DNA of 64,000 nucleotides from Antedon mediterranea (Eukaryota > Animalia > Echinodermata): the NCBI RefSeq assembly GCF_964355755.1, contig NC_092675.1, positions 5,451,812-5,515,811 on the forward strand, given 5' to 3'. Below the pieces are notes generated by a model. It searched no databases and had not been told where the DNA came from. It was given only the letters and a program-made list of their open reading frames with translations. A program made the translations under genes and the position numbers. Shown piece after piece: positions 15,910 to 30,618 of the stretch (positions are counted from its first letter, which is position 1; the number at the start of each line of letters is the position of its first letter).

Positions 15910-16066
15910 AATCCAAAGGCAAATTACTGAAAAAATGACAATGCTTTAGGTTTCAGTGGCTGGATCTCAAAATAAAATAAGCAAAAAGCTAAATAAAAAC
16001 GATAAAGTAAAACAGCCAGAAAAGTTAGCAGAGCTTTCGGACAACACTAGCCCTTCATCAGTGAAA
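15910..16066 (-). mobile_element. Penelope-like short element with minimal hammerhead motif
   Basis: Minus strand CTGATGAAGGGCTAGTGTTGTCCGAAAGCTC; homologous to the 29.6, 42.0 and 44.5 kb copies. Confidence 0.75.
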
Positions 16067-17656
16067 TTGTTTTATTTGATTATAGAGTTGCATTGCTTTT
16101 AAAATCTGTACTAAATAATACTATGAAGATGTAGACGTCAATCGGTTACCTTTACACAAAAGCTGTGTCGAGTAGAAATGATTGATTTACAAAGTCGTGT
16201 TCCAGATTCAGTAATTGTTTATTCGTTCCTGCATATTGATGTGGGGGCATTGTTCTTTAAAGAAGTATATTGACGGTGATAAATCCACAAAGGCAAGTGG
16301 GAAATGCCACAGGTCCCGCTCTATATGCCTACAGAAAAACCTGATAATTCATTCTTCTAAAATACATAGATTATCCACATAATGAATGAGGTAAATTTGT
16401 AGAAATGTTTATGTCATCGAGCAATAAAAAAACAGGAAATCTCTTTTTTTTTATAAAAAGGAACAATTATCAATCTTTCTCCTGAACTTTAATTTATAAA
16501 TACATTTATATAAGTTCGATACAGAGGCGCACAAGGTGAAAAGGATCAGCATTCATTTTTCAATAATACTGTAAGTATTAAGTATTAGTGAGCTTTCGAT
16601 TTGCTATGAAGTTGTGCGCATGCGGAGACTTAAGATACTCGATCACTGGACTCTGTGTTAATGGACTTGATGTCCAGGAGACGAAAAATGACAATATACC
16701 TAAGCCGTTATATAATTTTAATTTTTTGTAAAAATGTTTGTATGTATATACCTAAATCAATAATACCTTTTTATTGTTAATCAATTAGATTGAATTAGTT
16801 TTCTTTATATTCTTACGCATACACATTAATTTGTTATCACACTATTATATTGAATGCCTTGGACAGAAATGGCATCTAATGAATTTAACTTACTAGGCCT
16901 ACATATTCATTTACAGTGCATTTCTTCTTTTCCCCCTCAATTGTTTCAATTATAAATGAAGAACAAATCATCGTGGTTTATTATGAACATCTATCATTCT
17001 GAGGTATATAAAATGTCAATGTATTTATGGTCAGATTAGGATTCTGTCTGAAAGCCAATTTAATGACTACAAACATACTATTTTTTTTCTCTCGACATCA
17101 CACGCAAGTTACGTTGCTGAATTACGGACAAGACTATGGTTTGTAGAATAGAATAGGTAGTGTGTCAAACGGCGCCCCATACAAAAATCCAGCTAATGTA
17201 CAACTACCGTGGCTTCCTCTTGTTCCTGTCGTGTTATAAGTGTGCTACAATACAGCTATTAGATTTATTTAACTTATTTTATAAGAGATCTATAAAGGTG
17301 CTTTACATAAACAATTATTTCAAACTCGATGTACACATGGAATTCAAGAAGCCTACCACTCATTTACAAATTAATAATAGGAAAATCAGTCATTTACTTT
17401 ACATTGCAAATGTCTTTCAAATGACGAATTTCCTCTTCCAAGATTCCTATCTTTGTTTAAAACAACGTTCTTATAAGATGTTTAATTTATTCCTATATAT
17501 TACATACAACATTTAGAACTATAGGTTTAAATGTTAACAATTATCATACTATCCAGTAAAAACATACACATATTCTTTACCGTATTGTGTCCTTTTATTT
17601 GTCAAGTAAAACATGGCGAAAGAAAATTGTTTCTATATACAAAGCAGGGATTAAAA

Positions 17657-17710
17657 ATGGGGTGGGATTTGAACTTACGCCATCGAAATGACTGGTGACT
17701 TAGTCCAGCA
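17657..17710 (-). pseudogene. Degenerate tRNA-Leu-like 3' fragment
   Basis: Minus strand GCTGGACTAAGTCACCAGTCATTTCGATGGCGTAAGTTCAAATCCCACCCCA resembles the anticodon, variable and T arms of tRNA-Leu. Confidence 0.45.
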
Positions 17711-18549
17711 TATGGACTATAAACTAACATAATGACATCCGTGGATAAATGATATTGCATTGAATTGATTTGTTAACAATACAAATTATTTTGGGAATGA
17801 AAATACAGTATCCATACGTTTATAATTTTTTGCAGGAGATAGAGAGAGGTAATAATAATACACCATTATAGCAAGTTGGTATTGGTTCAATACTTTCTAA
17901 TTTGTGCTATTATCCAAACATCCCTACTCAACATATTGACAGTTATTTTAGCCTCCGGTGCCTATTTTAGGAGAGTGTTCACATTGTAGTAATTCATGGT
18001 GGGCACGTCCTTAATGGCATTACGAGCGCGTTTAAACGATAATAATCGTAATGGCGCGCATCACTTTATTGTCTTTTTTCACAATAATCCACGCCAACGC
18101 GAAATTAACTATTGTGGATAAAACCAGAGCAACATTCATCATCAGAACTCATTATATGTGATACCACATGAAACCATTTATTTATTTTATATCCTTATTT
18201 GTTTATTTACTTGTACGTTATACGCTTTTCTTTCTGCATTTAATTTGAACATTATATTGACTGAATTCTGAGTAGCAATTTTATTTAGATAATGCATCAA
18301 GTAACCACTTCGGTTGAGAGTGTCTCAGAGTTGCTGGCATATATAAAGATCAGATCTCAATTAAGAGATCGTTTTTGCCATTCCAATAAGTCGGCGTATT
18401 TGTCGGTTCATTATGAGGAATAAAGATGCACTGTAGTAATAACAAATACGTTGTACCACTAAGATAACGTGTAATGTGTGTTGAAGGTGTAATTCAATGA
18501 TAATATGGTAACATGGTTAGTAAGTACGGTATTACAAATGTAAATAATC

Positions 18550-18950
18550 GATCCTGATCACGATGTTGTTGATGATCTTGATCACGATGATGATGATTAT
18601 GATCAGGATGATGTTGATGATCCTGACCACAAGATGTCGATGATTATGATCAGGATGATGTTGATGAATACTATAATCACAATGATGATTATGATCACAA
18701 TTATATTGATGAACCTCATCACGATGATTATGTTTATAATGATTATAATCAGGAGGATGTTGATGATCCTGATCACGATGGTGTTAATGATCTTAATCAT
18801 GATGGCGTTAAAGATGTTGATGTAGACGTTGATGAGGATGCTGCCAATGAAATTTCAGACAATTATGATGATGACGGTTGTTGCTATTATGCTGATGAAG
18901 ATTGAGAGATGATCATGATAATGAATGTGCGGAAGACGCTTATGATGATT
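18550..18950. repeat. Degenerate (GAT)n / GATCACGAT low-complexity repeat
   Basis: Recurring gatgat and gatcacgatg units. Confidence 0.8.
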
Positions 18951-20362
18951 AAATTAACATTTATACTATAAAGATTAATACGTTTATTTCCATAACTTGT
19001 GGATATTGATGACGATGGACAGTGGAATTGGCGGTAAATATAACGATGTCAACGATAGTAAGGATAACAACAATAATAATGAAAATAAATAATACTTTGT
19101 CAAAAAGAATGCTAAATACATCACAATATTAGTAACTATTAATACTATCGGTAATGTCGATTAAAAAACTATATCAACGTATTTGTCTGGCCATGCTCGC
19201 TATCTTCAAATTACCGATTTCTATTTCTTCAATATAAATTATGGAATTAAAGTTTACTGTCCAAACAACGTTATGTATAAACATTGTTAATATGTGTCTC
19301 CATAATGGCTATCTGGAGATTTTCAGTTACACCTGAGGCCAAGAAAGTAAATGTCAATCAGATCATAGCATTCAAGATACACTGTCACTTAAATGCTGCT
19401 ATCAGTATCACTAAAACAAATTTGAACTAAAACAAGTTATCAACAACAAAACAGAAGAAAATGCAGTTAATGTTAATTTGTCAGATGTTAATTACGTCAG
19501 AATAAGACAAAACATTTGACCAATTAACTTAGCTCTCTGACTCTATACTATACTATATACTCTCTGACTCTATACTCCATGGAGTAGTACAATTATCTTC
19601 TGTCAATTAGTGTTTTGTTGTGTTGCTTTTTTATTGACAGTTACTACCATGTCTGTTTAAAACATGTTCATTTATTGTGTCCACTACGTTAATGCATCTC
19701 AACAACGTCACCGTCAACGAAAATGCTTGTCTTGTCATTTATTGAACATTATGGAGTGCCAAGCTAATACTATACGTTTGGAAAGCAAATTAATATATTC
19801 TTCGTTCTGATAAGCGAAATGTAGATTTATGAACTTACCTTGTTGCCTTTTCTTTGAATATCTTCTAATGTTGACACATACGCAAATAACCATCAATAAA
19901 ATCTATTAATAGCACTTCTCCCTTCCCGTAAAAAACAAGATATCCTCAGAAAAAAATTATTTTGAATTATTTATCATCAAGATCTGTTATCAAAAATTCG
20001 TGACAATACACCTTTATATATCTAAGGCACGATAGGAAGGTACGGTACAGGTATACGTATATCTGTGTTGAGTACCATTCTGTTGCGGTCTTATATACCA
20101 TAACCTATTAGCCTATGATGGACTATTCCATTATGCTTGATGTTTCTCTCGAGTGACGTCGCGTCGTACGCGCATCATCGGTGTCCTTGTATGGCTCTCT
20201 CTGTACGAACATTTAGTCGTAAAAATATTAAATCGATTGTTATATTTTACTATAAGCGATAAATTCACAACTAAAAAAAGGATACTTTAATTAAAATGAC
20301 TTTATTGAATTTTATTGGTGTGAATTGGTCATAGGTTGTTTGAAATAATGATTTGCATACAT

Positions 20363-20466
20363 AACAAGGCCATATAGATGGCTGCAGTCGCATACTCAAA
20401 CTTGAGTTAGTGTTTACCGACCGACCGACATAGTGAGCTGTAGAGTCGCGTTGCACGCGACTAAAA
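20363..20466. mobile_element. DINE-1/HINE-like (Helentron-associated) short element
   Basis: AACAAG start, (CCGA)n microsatellite, terminal hairpin AGTCGCGTTGCACGCGACT + AAAAA; related copy at ~7900-7970. Confidence 0.55.
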
Positions 20467-20879
20467 ATGAACAAAAAGAAACAAAATAGAACAAACATCA
20501 CAAAAAGAATATTCGGGATGAAGTGAGCTGTAGAGTCGACTTAGTCGACTAAAAATAGATGATTCTATGAATTCTTTATTTTACGTGACTGAATTAATGT
20601 TGACTTCCGATGACAGAAGCGGTCTGTTTTCTCAATTCTGTATGTTTCATTCTTTAGGCCTATATTTCCGGACTTACTTTTTAAACGTATAGTACTGTAT
20701 CGATAAATTGATATAACATTTAACATTTTGTTTTCAAGGATTGGAAGATTTACATGGTAGAAAAATTATCCCTTCGTAAAAGATGACATTTTAATCATTG
20801 GTTGTATGTAAACAACGTGTCTATGCCTACAAATGAGAAATATTTCATCTAACACAATTAATGTCAAACATTTAATTTA

Positions 20880-21100
20880 TATGAGGCAGGACATTTGATC
20901 TATGTTACGCTTGCGCACACAGTTCTGTTCCACCGCCGTGCCTGCAATGCCCAGAGTATTGAAAGTCGCTACCCAATCGGTTTTGAACATACTATGAAAG
21001 TCGTGGTCTTATGGTAGAATGGAATATTAAGAAGAATATTTGGTTTGGCGGCATAATTCTCATTTAGTCATCTTCACCGTTTATTAATTAATTTACAGTA
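20880..21100 (+). mobile_element. Old degenerate copy of the tRNA-containing element at 60.5-60.9 kb
   Basis: Colinear matches ATTTGATCT, GTCGCTACCCAATCGGTTTTGAACATACTATGAAAG, GTGGTCTTATGGT and TAATTCTCA to the reverse complement of 60540-60785. Confidence 0.65.
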
Positions 21101-24100
21101 GATCTATAGGCCTATTTATATATTCAGTTCCGGTGTTAATTTTAATCATTAACTATACAGAATGATAATTAAAGCCATGCCTTAAATATCTTCATAATAT
21201 ATATTGATATCAGTATACAAAGCATGTCAGGGTTTCTTTTTTATTTGCAAAGGAAACAGTTCAAGTATATAGAAATTGTGTATTATCTACATCAACTATA
21301 AATCGGAAGTTATTCAGTTTATTTTTGTACAAATTTTTTTAACATCAGTGATAATAAAAGTGAAGAATGAGCTGAGTAACATTTCCCAGCAGAGGGCAAA
21401 TGACACTTTTGGTAATCAATCAAATACACTAATATGGAGAGTAGCATTAATATACACAGTTCTAATAATAACAGATTTATTGCACTGATAATATGGATAA
21501 AATACTACAAATTGAATGGTTTGTAGAAACTATCATGCGTATTGGTTACACTATCACAATGTTTCATAGTATAGCAAAAATGGCGCAAAAACACGATATT
21601 GGCCACCTTTCGCCTCTGATGTTTTCTTATGTTTAAATTGTACATACTGTACTATCACTTGGACTAGTAAATTTTCCATGAAAAAGTATAGCAAGCTAAT
21701 GCCGAAAAAACACGATATTTCTCTGGAGTCTCTGATTCTTTATTTTTTATAATTATTATATTTCTGTTCATGCTGTATGGTACATCATGTTTAATAACCT
21801 TTTTTCAGACAATCCAGACATTTCATCATGAACATTAGTATAAACTATCATTTCTTTTACTGACGTTTTACTGTTTTCTTGTAATTTATCAACTTAAATT
21901 ACGTTTACTGACGTTACTATCTTCCACACAACACTATGCGCTGTGGTCATTTTATTTGAGATAATCCAACACTATAGTATAGCTTTACATAAAAACATAA
22001 AGCGTTAGCAAAAGCAACACATGCGACCCAAAGTCGTAACCTGACCTAAATTTTACATTCTATTAAAGAGAGCAACTGCTGGGGATTAATGATACTGTAC
22101 GTAGAAAGGATCCTATCATATCTCGAATTAGCATTAATCAAACAGGGATGGACACCAAAGACAATATAGGTGTAATTCAATACGTGGATACGATATTTTG
22201 GCTTTAAGATAATATGGTAATTTAGGTTTTATGTGTTTCGTAATTACTCGTTTTCAGAAAATCGTGTTAGATTGGCTATTTAAAGTAGTTGGACCTTCTA
22301 TTTTACATTAAGCCTACGTCTAATTATTTGGATAACAGATAGACACTAGTAACTATATTGATTACCGTATCGATGACCAATCAATGAATCAATCAATGAA
22401 TCAATCAATATTAATAACCCTGGTATTATTATGAGTGTTGCGTCGTAGATGACAACGAAGATTAGGGTGACAATTAGTAGGACAAAGATTAGCAGAATAG
22501 TAAAAAGAAGGTGATAATCAGGATGATTATGATAATAATGTCCAGATAATGATGACAGCGGTAATGGTGGTGATGATTAATACAATGGTAATTTTAAAAT
22601 TTCGAATATTGTTGGAAATATAAAGTAAAACATTTCAAATAAATTGCTGGGTGCTGGTAATGTATATATACTTCAACACATGGCCACATGTATATTATTT
22701 TAAGGTCTATATATTAATAGGCCTATATAAAATGGAAATCTATAGATGGTTGTATGTTAATTACATTGGAATTAGATCATCATTGAATGTAAATAACCTA
22801 GTATTACTATCAGTAATTATATCATTACTAAGTGTGTCGTGAGATTCAAAACCAATCAACGACGTACAATCATATTGTGATTGCTATAGTTAAATATACA
22901 TTGTATGCAGGTTGTTGTCTGCGACGGGTTGTGATAAATTACCCCTGTATAGGGTTTGGTTATTCATAGTTACCGTACTATTCAAGTGTTTCAACCTCTG
23001 TCTATTCGCTAAAAATATATACATACTTTTGCAGCCGTGTACCTTTAAATGATGATTATTCACCAAAAATACAATAGTTTTAGATATTGCGAAATTATTA
23101 TTTTCAATTTTAAAAATATAGAAATTACATAGAAAAAGTGTTGTAGTCCACTCCCTTATAATTTCAACCGTACACTAGGCTTTTATAGCTGTTTAAGTGA
23201 TGGTATATTTGAGGAGTTTATTTTGTTTTTGTTTTTTTATTCCTTAAAAATCACAATTAAAGATAGAATTGCAGTAAAGCGTCACAAAATGTCCCAGATC
23301 TCATTTCAACATTCATTAGGCATAATCTCATGGGTGTACAATAATGTGTAATGGTCTGTATGGAATGAATCGCTGTATATGAGGAATGTATGTGTCTGGG
23401 TGATGAGGCGAAGGGGGAATTTAGTCTTGTTGTGCGTTTCCAGTTATTGTTTCCTACGTTACTACTAGCAAGAAGAATGAAATGCAAAGACTCATTCCAG
23501 CTGTCAGTTATCATTGGTCAATACTTGCATAATAACTAATGATTGGAAACACTGACCATTCATCATATTTGCCAAATGCTTGCTCAAAAGCAAACATTTA
23601 TTTAAGCCGTGTTCCGAACACTTTCATTGTAATTACATCGTTGTCGGCAATCTCTTTACAAAGGGACATTCGTTAAAACATGGAAATAATTAATAATATC
23701 TACAGACAGGTATAAAGTAACATTACCAGTTCATTATTGTCAACAAAATGATTGATATACCGACAGATGTATTAGCCGAGTATTCTCATTCATTCACCAT
23801 TAACAAAAACCATAACCGAAACAAATTATGAGAACAAAATGACAATCCGCTGTAACCATGACGTACGGTACCGTAGTATTCCAATTGTCGAAAAAGAACA
23901 CACCCCATTAATCTATAGAATGATAATTTACATTGCCAAAAGATTGTTTTATTTTGATCCACAATCAACAGTTAATCTTCATTCAATAAATGAAAATGTG
24001 AATTTATCATAATTGTAATTTATCGATATTAGTTATTATTAAGTTAATCATTTTATATATTCGTGTCAGATGATTTTAGATCTGGAAAATAAAATGGCTA

Positions 24101-27100
24101 ATAATTACTCATTTACAATTCAGCTGAGTAATTTATTTTATATCTTTTAGGCTCTGTCCCCACCCCCAATTTAAAAAATCCTGGATCCTCCACTGGAAAC
24201 TGTTTTAATACACAAGATAAATACAATATTCAACCTTTAACACCACATAGCAAAATACACTGTCGTTTTAATTCTTATTTGAGTTCAGCATTTTCCTTCC
24301 AACAAGTCAATACAATAGCATGTTGTGCTTGTTAACAAGAGAAACTTGATTTAGAAAAAATCTAAATTAATTAAAAATATTCATAAGGTTGCAGAATTTT
24401 GTCGTCATTGATTAATTCTTTTAATCCGATATTGTAAATATTGTATAAGTATCAAATGTTAAATTAATTGTATATGATAATTCCATGATATGTGGAGATA
24501 AAGTACAGAGAATCGTGAGGTCAGTCACAAACGCGTACAAAATGTAGTTGCAACTCTTTGCCTGCATTTCTTTCCCATTCCCTTCCACTTAGGCGTACAC
24601 TGGATAACACTTTCTAGGACTAAGCTTAGTGGAATAAATAACCTAATTACAGAAAAATATACATATTCCAAAACGGATGTATTTGTAATGATATTAATGC
24701 TGAACGGGAGATTTGCAGAAAAAGGTGGTAAGAAAATGGAAATGTTGTTATTGTATCCAACTCGAAAGTTACGTGTCGTCCTTGGCATTGTAATGGGTGT
24801 TTAAGTAATTCCATAGTTTCACAAATGGGGGTTATGAACCAGTTATTGGTATGCATTTGCGCTTGAGTCCATTTCTTCGCATTATCTGTGCATCAAAGCT
24901 TCCTATTAATTACCAAAAGCAAATAAAACAGGTATTATTGTGTTCATTAAATTCTCATTATTCGCTTCGCCTTTAGATTATTTCCGTTTTTAATTCGAGA
25001 GTAAACGATGCTCTATTCTGTATAAATCTCCTTGTATTTCTCGGAGTTTTATTATTAGAATCAACAAAACAATGTATTTACAGCGACTCTATAGTTTCCG
25101 TGATACACATGCTTCTTTAATAGAATGTATATTTTTAGTTTTAACAAAAATGCGTTTATAAACTTGCAATGTATTTACGGTACCTTTGGGATCTAGGCCT
25201 GCTGACAGCATGCGGAAGGCGGAACTCAGAACAAAGAGAGAGGGATCTCTGGAAAAAAGTTCTGTAATCTGTAATGTTTTATTAGCGATTCCATTGTATG
25301 GAGTATAGCTGTAAAACATGTAACCATCATGCTTATGCATGGCAATGACAATTTGTAGGCCCTATCATTGCCATTGTCTGTTGCGTAAAGCACCAATGTA
25401 GTCGATTTAAATAATATTTATTCTTTACATATCCGAATTTATCCTTATGAACCACGGTACGCTCTTTTCTGCTCCTATATTCCTACTTTCTTCATTTCTT
25501 GCCGAAATTGCCCACATGATAAACAGATCAATTAGGGCCTAACTAGTCAATATCGATAAACCTAAATTAAGAGAAGAATAAACTTGTGTATCTATGATAA
25601 GGGAGTCGTTCAGAAAGTGGTTTAGAAAACTAAGTCTTAGTCAAGGCTTCAATCTCGTAAATGACTATAGAAACTTAGAGAAAAGATTTCGTTATCTTGC
25701 GATTTCTCAAAATGTATGGAGAACCAATTAGAATGGTAACGATATGTTTGGGACTCATTTGGAAATACGTTGGGAAAGCGTACACTCTCATCACGAGATA
25801 ATGCATGTGTAGTGCATTGTTCTACACGAAGGCTTCCATGGTTAAGGTTGTGATCTTTCATTAACAGAAATTGATGATTTTTTTAAAAAAAAGTGAGAAG
25901 CTGCTAGGCTTTCCACACAGCTGTGAATCCCCTCATCCACCAACAATCTTGCCAGACAAACATGCCAGTCTTTCCTGAAATAAAAATCATGGATGAATAG
26001 TAGGCCTACGCTTTTCACAGAATTGGTAACAACAACAACTATATCAGTCAATTAAATGAGCAACATAATCTTATATCTAAGATTACACTCCAGACAGATA
26101 ATATTCGCAACGTATGATTAAAAAAATACGTGATTGCATAAAAATAAATCACTAATTAAAAACCAAAATGATTAATCAGTGTGTATATGTTTTATAATAC
26201 ACATGTATAATATTACCTCAATTGCTTGGATAGTTATAAACGCTCTCTACGATCAAATTTACTTACAAGACGCAGTATATACGTTTTTGATTGGCTGAAG
26301 CCTTATTCATATTCATATACGTAGATGTTGGCGGACTTATTGCTTTTTGGAATCAAAAAATTGCGTAGTTTTGTAGGCCTACGGCACAATCAACAGTATA
26401 CTACAATTAACCTTTTACAGGTTACCTGCCTCGGCCAATAGCGATACGTTTCTGATAAAATAAAACGAGATAACTAAGGCCTCGGGCAAGTCATACTTCT
26501 ATCAGGGGAGCAATTTATATTAACTGGTGGAGTCGTTTTCACTATGTTTTCTTCTAAATTATGACATTTATGTCAATTTCTGTTGAATGTGAATTTAACG
26601 AATGGTATATGTAACGTTATACTACTGTTATTTGTGAATGGTTCCAGTATGTGCTAATATACCGTTACAAACAAACATCTTCGATCGCGTCATTATTAAT
26701 TGAAGAACTAAAATCTCATCACCGTCAAGATCCTGAATGTTATTATATCTTCAACAAATATATAAAATAAATGTTGTTCAATAAATAAAATATCGGCAGC
26801 AATATAAGCAACAATTGTTTCTTTACCAAGAATTGACTAATTTCTAAGCCGGAGAATAAGAAAACGAAATAAAAAAAAATCGCTTACAATTACTCATCAC
26901 ATAGGTCTTATCTTAATGATGGAGTAAGAGCAATTTTCTGTTTGGGCTCATGCCTATTACTTTCTCCTGGCAAGATGAAATGTAAATCGTACTTTTAAGA
27001 ACTTTTGCCGAATAATTATTATTATTATTATTATTATTACTATAAGAAAATGTATCGATTTATTTTTATAGTTTCTCAGTAAATAATCAGTATTCAGTTG

Positions 27101-29328
27101 ATATTGCTTCAGTACTTGTATTATATAGCAAGGCTTACGTGTAAGTTCCGTAAGTATAAATATTTTATATATTATACATGTAAATGTAAAATGTCCTGTC
27201 CACAGTATATTTATTCCAATTTCTCAAACATATTCAAGTGAGATAATAATGTAATTGACCGGAAGCCTCGTTTTAATAAGCCTGTTGCCCTTCAGTCTTA
27301 TTTAAGTATACATTTCTACTACCATGAAATCGATCAACCACGTTTAAGTAAGGAAAGAAGAACAAATTGACAAAAATGACTGAAATAATGATATCAGAAA
27401 GATTATTGTACCGAAGTACGTACGTTCTTGCGTCTTAAAAGACTATTTAGAGTATATCATTACAATTTACGGCTGAAAGACATATCTTGATAGGAAGATG
27501 AATGCGTTTGAAATGAATAATTAAGCTACTGTTACTTGTTGTAAATAGCGAGATGTCCTGAAGCTAAAAAACAAAAGATGAAAATGTAAATTTTCCAATA
27601 TTTCAGTTCCAAAACTTAATTGTAGAACGCCCTCTTTGGTTAAAGTGGAAGATAAGTCTTATATATGAGAGATCAACAAACAAAACAAAATATTATATAT
27701 ACATTTTGTGAGATAAACAGAAATGAAAAAAGTTTGCGAGTCAACACAGTTAAACCTTAAGTGCATAAGATGGCGTACTTCCATATTGAACAATGTTTCA
27801 GTATTCAGTATTCATCTATTTTCCAGATAAAAATGTATAATAATACAAAAAAGAAAAAGATTAAACAAGCAAGACAGTTGGCAAGGGGAAAAAACAGGAC
27901 ACTATCCTGGCGGATTGTCAAAAAGCAAAGAATATCCTATAGAAGACTCTCCTGATAATGCTGGTTGGCAACATTTTTACGCTCCTAAAATAGATTTTTA
28001 ATTTAAAAACATAAAGGTGTCTTCCTCATATAATATTGCTAAAGGCCAAACTTTTCCTATTCGTGTTGGCCTTCGTGGATAATTTATGCGATAATCAACG
28101 ACTATAATTATTAATCTCATCTTATACAGAAAATAATGTTGGTGGTAGCAATATAATATAAACAATATTTTAATGAATACATAATATTATAGTAAGCAAT
28201 GTTTATGATTCTTCTTTAGGATAATTAAATAATCCACGTCAAATATCAGCCTCGACCAAACATTTAACTTCATTAACAAATTGTTTAAAAGATGTTTAAT
28301 CATACACTATAATAGCCTATATTGTGTTACCACTTTTTCCAGTAGTGCCGCCAATTTTACCATATTCATACATTCTCTACTACTCTATTTATACTAATCT
28401 GATTTCTGATTTCTGGTACAAAACGTGATCTTTAATTGAACTAAAGACTTTCAATTTAGATCAACTTACATATTTACTTAACATACATTTATAATCAATA
28501 TTTTGTAGTGTATTTGGCTTCTTATTTTGACATATTATAGATAGATTTATGCAAGGTCATTTGCGACATTATACGTATAATATTGTTTTAAAAAATCGAT
28601 GTAATAATTGTCTATAGGCCTATATAAACTTTAATAAACTTATATAATTTACTCTATTTATAGTATAATATATATAATTATAGTAATATAATCTAATTTT
28701 GGTACGGATATTATTTTGATTATTTATGATACATTTTTGTCGTAATTACGAAAAGTTAGTGAACAATTAACCTTGTTAATGAAGTTTTAATGTAATTAAA
28801 TATTGCCTATATACAATATGAGATCGCATTGATTCAGATTTTATTAAAATTTTTTGATTGATTTATTTTCTGCCGTATTCGTATTATTTTGACGTCTTGC
28901 CTTCATAATCATACAGAACAAGATCATAATTTAAAGTTTAAGCTTCATCTATTATCCTCATTATAAAACTGCAAAAGGAGTCCCATTACTTCGGTGATTA
29001 AGATGCAAGAATCGGTGGATGAATTAATCAACACAAATCTGATCCCAATATCCTTAGATATTAGTGGCTTTGCTTTTAAGACTCAGTGCACAATGCACAG
29101 TGCCAGCAGCTACACGTTTCCCATACGTATGACGTTATAAAAGAGTTTTTTTTTAGTCTACAGCAGCGTTCCGCAACCTTTTCTCAGCCGACTGAGCTAC
29201 ACCGGTCATCTTGGATATAAACAGGTTAATACCAGCTTTGACGGTCATGAATATATTTATGAATTACGATGAATTACGTAATATGAAGTTCGTATAAATA
29301 GACTATTGTCAGCATCTCAGTCATGTAC

Positions 29329-29410
29329 TTTGTGGCGAAACCGGTAATGCTCTGTTTCAATAGACTACTCTAAGCATTAGCTTGGGTTCGAAACTCTGCG
29401 TTTTTTTTTT
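29329..29410 (+). pseudogene. Degenerate tRNA-derived (Pol III promoter-like) sequence
   Basis: A-box TGGCGAAACCGG, B-box GGTTCGAAAC, followed by a T run; no intact cloverleaf. Confidence 0.4.
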
Positions 29411-29434
29411 AATGAAATAAATATTGTTTTTTAT

Positions 29435-29469
<35 letters not shown>

Positions 29470-29474
<5 letters not shown>

Positions 29475-29798
29475 ATTCCAAAATTGTTTATATCTCTACC
29501 CAGCTACCTTCTTTGTTTTCACCTCTTATTCAGACACCACCCTGGCTCCCTTTGTTATATTTCTTTTATTCCTGTCCACCCAGGCAGCACTTGCCAGCTT
29601 TATACTATGACGTTATCCAAATTCCTTCACTTGCACTGATGAAGGGCTAGTGTTGCCCGAAAGCTCTGCTAACTTTTCTGGCTGTTTACTTTATCGTTTT
29701 GATTTAGCTTTTCACTTTTTATTTTTGTATCTCCATTGAGATCCAGCCACGGATACCCACAGCATTGTCATTTTTTTCAGTAATTTGCCTTTGGATTT
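29470..29798 (+). mobile_element. Penelope-like element end (pseudo-LTR-like) between two (TA)n tracts
   Basis: Longest copy; hammerhead core at 29633-29669; ends GCCTTTGGATTT followed by (TA)n. Confidence 0.78.
29633..29669 (+). ncRNA. Minimal type I hammerhead ribozyme motif
   Basis: GCA-CUGAUGA-A-GGGC(UAGUGUU)GCCC-GAAA-GC-UC-UGC: stem I GCA/UGC, stem II GGGC/GCCC, palindromic AGCU stem III. Confidence 0.72.
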
Positions 29799-30268
29799 AT
29801 ATATATATATATATATATATATAGTATTGAGATGAATTATAACTGTCATTTACTTAAACTTAATATCATATATTTTATTTTTCAAACATTATGGGTGTAA
29901 CCAGCCACTGGATCAGAGGCTAATAATCAATATACCCAATGAAGAGGACGCACACGATTAATTGAGTAACACCGACGGTAACAGTTTGATCACCCCCTCT
30001 ATGGGATTAACTCGTGAGAAAATGTCACGTGCTCTGAAATACTTTTGGCCAATGGGCATTGTCAAAAATATTTCTTTTAACAATTAAAATTGTTCAATGT
30101 TTAGTATAGTAGCTGTAAGCTCACTGTACTGTATATAAATCATATTTAATATCACTAAACTCATGTTTTCCTACAATAATATAAATAACAATTGCTAAGG
30201 TTTTAAGATGTTTTTTGTGTGTTAAGTTATCAGATACCTGTGATGTATCAGGATAAAAATAGTATTAA

Positions 30269-30618
30269 AGATGTATTGTCCCCCTGAAAAATAATTTTTT
30301 ACAATTTTTGTTGTTGAATATGCCATTTTAATGTCACATAATAGTTATTGACTTCGACCCAAAATTGGATCGAAAAAAAATGTATTTACCTGAAAAAAAC
30401 TGGAATTTAAAGCAAAAAATGGTCAAATTGGCTGCCAGCCAATGGATTTTTGGTTGAATTTAACCATTTATCATGTTATTTTATAAGTAAAACATTATTT
30501 TTCTCCGTTTTTTTTTTCTATGGAAGTGATTCATTTTATTAAAACTACAAAATAACCTGATTTATAAGTCTGATTTAATTAATATTCAATGTTCATGTTT
30601 TTGGGGGACAATACATCT
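30269..30618. mobile_element. Kolobok-type non-autonomous DNA transposon
   Basis: 16-bp perfect TIRs AGATGTATTGTCCCCC / GGGGGACAATACATCT with TTAA on both sides. Confidence 0.8.

Noticed and set aside
16615-16624. NRF1-like TGCGCATGCG site
   Set aside because: Isolated short motif with no supporting promoter or exon context.
18603-18825. Ile/Met-rich ORFs
   Set aside because: Translation of a (GAT)n low-complexity tract.
23257-26051. Several 60-90 aa ORFs in slightly GC-richer DNA
   Set aside because: No recognisable domain or consistent splice structure; possibly very old TE debris that cannot be classified by eye.
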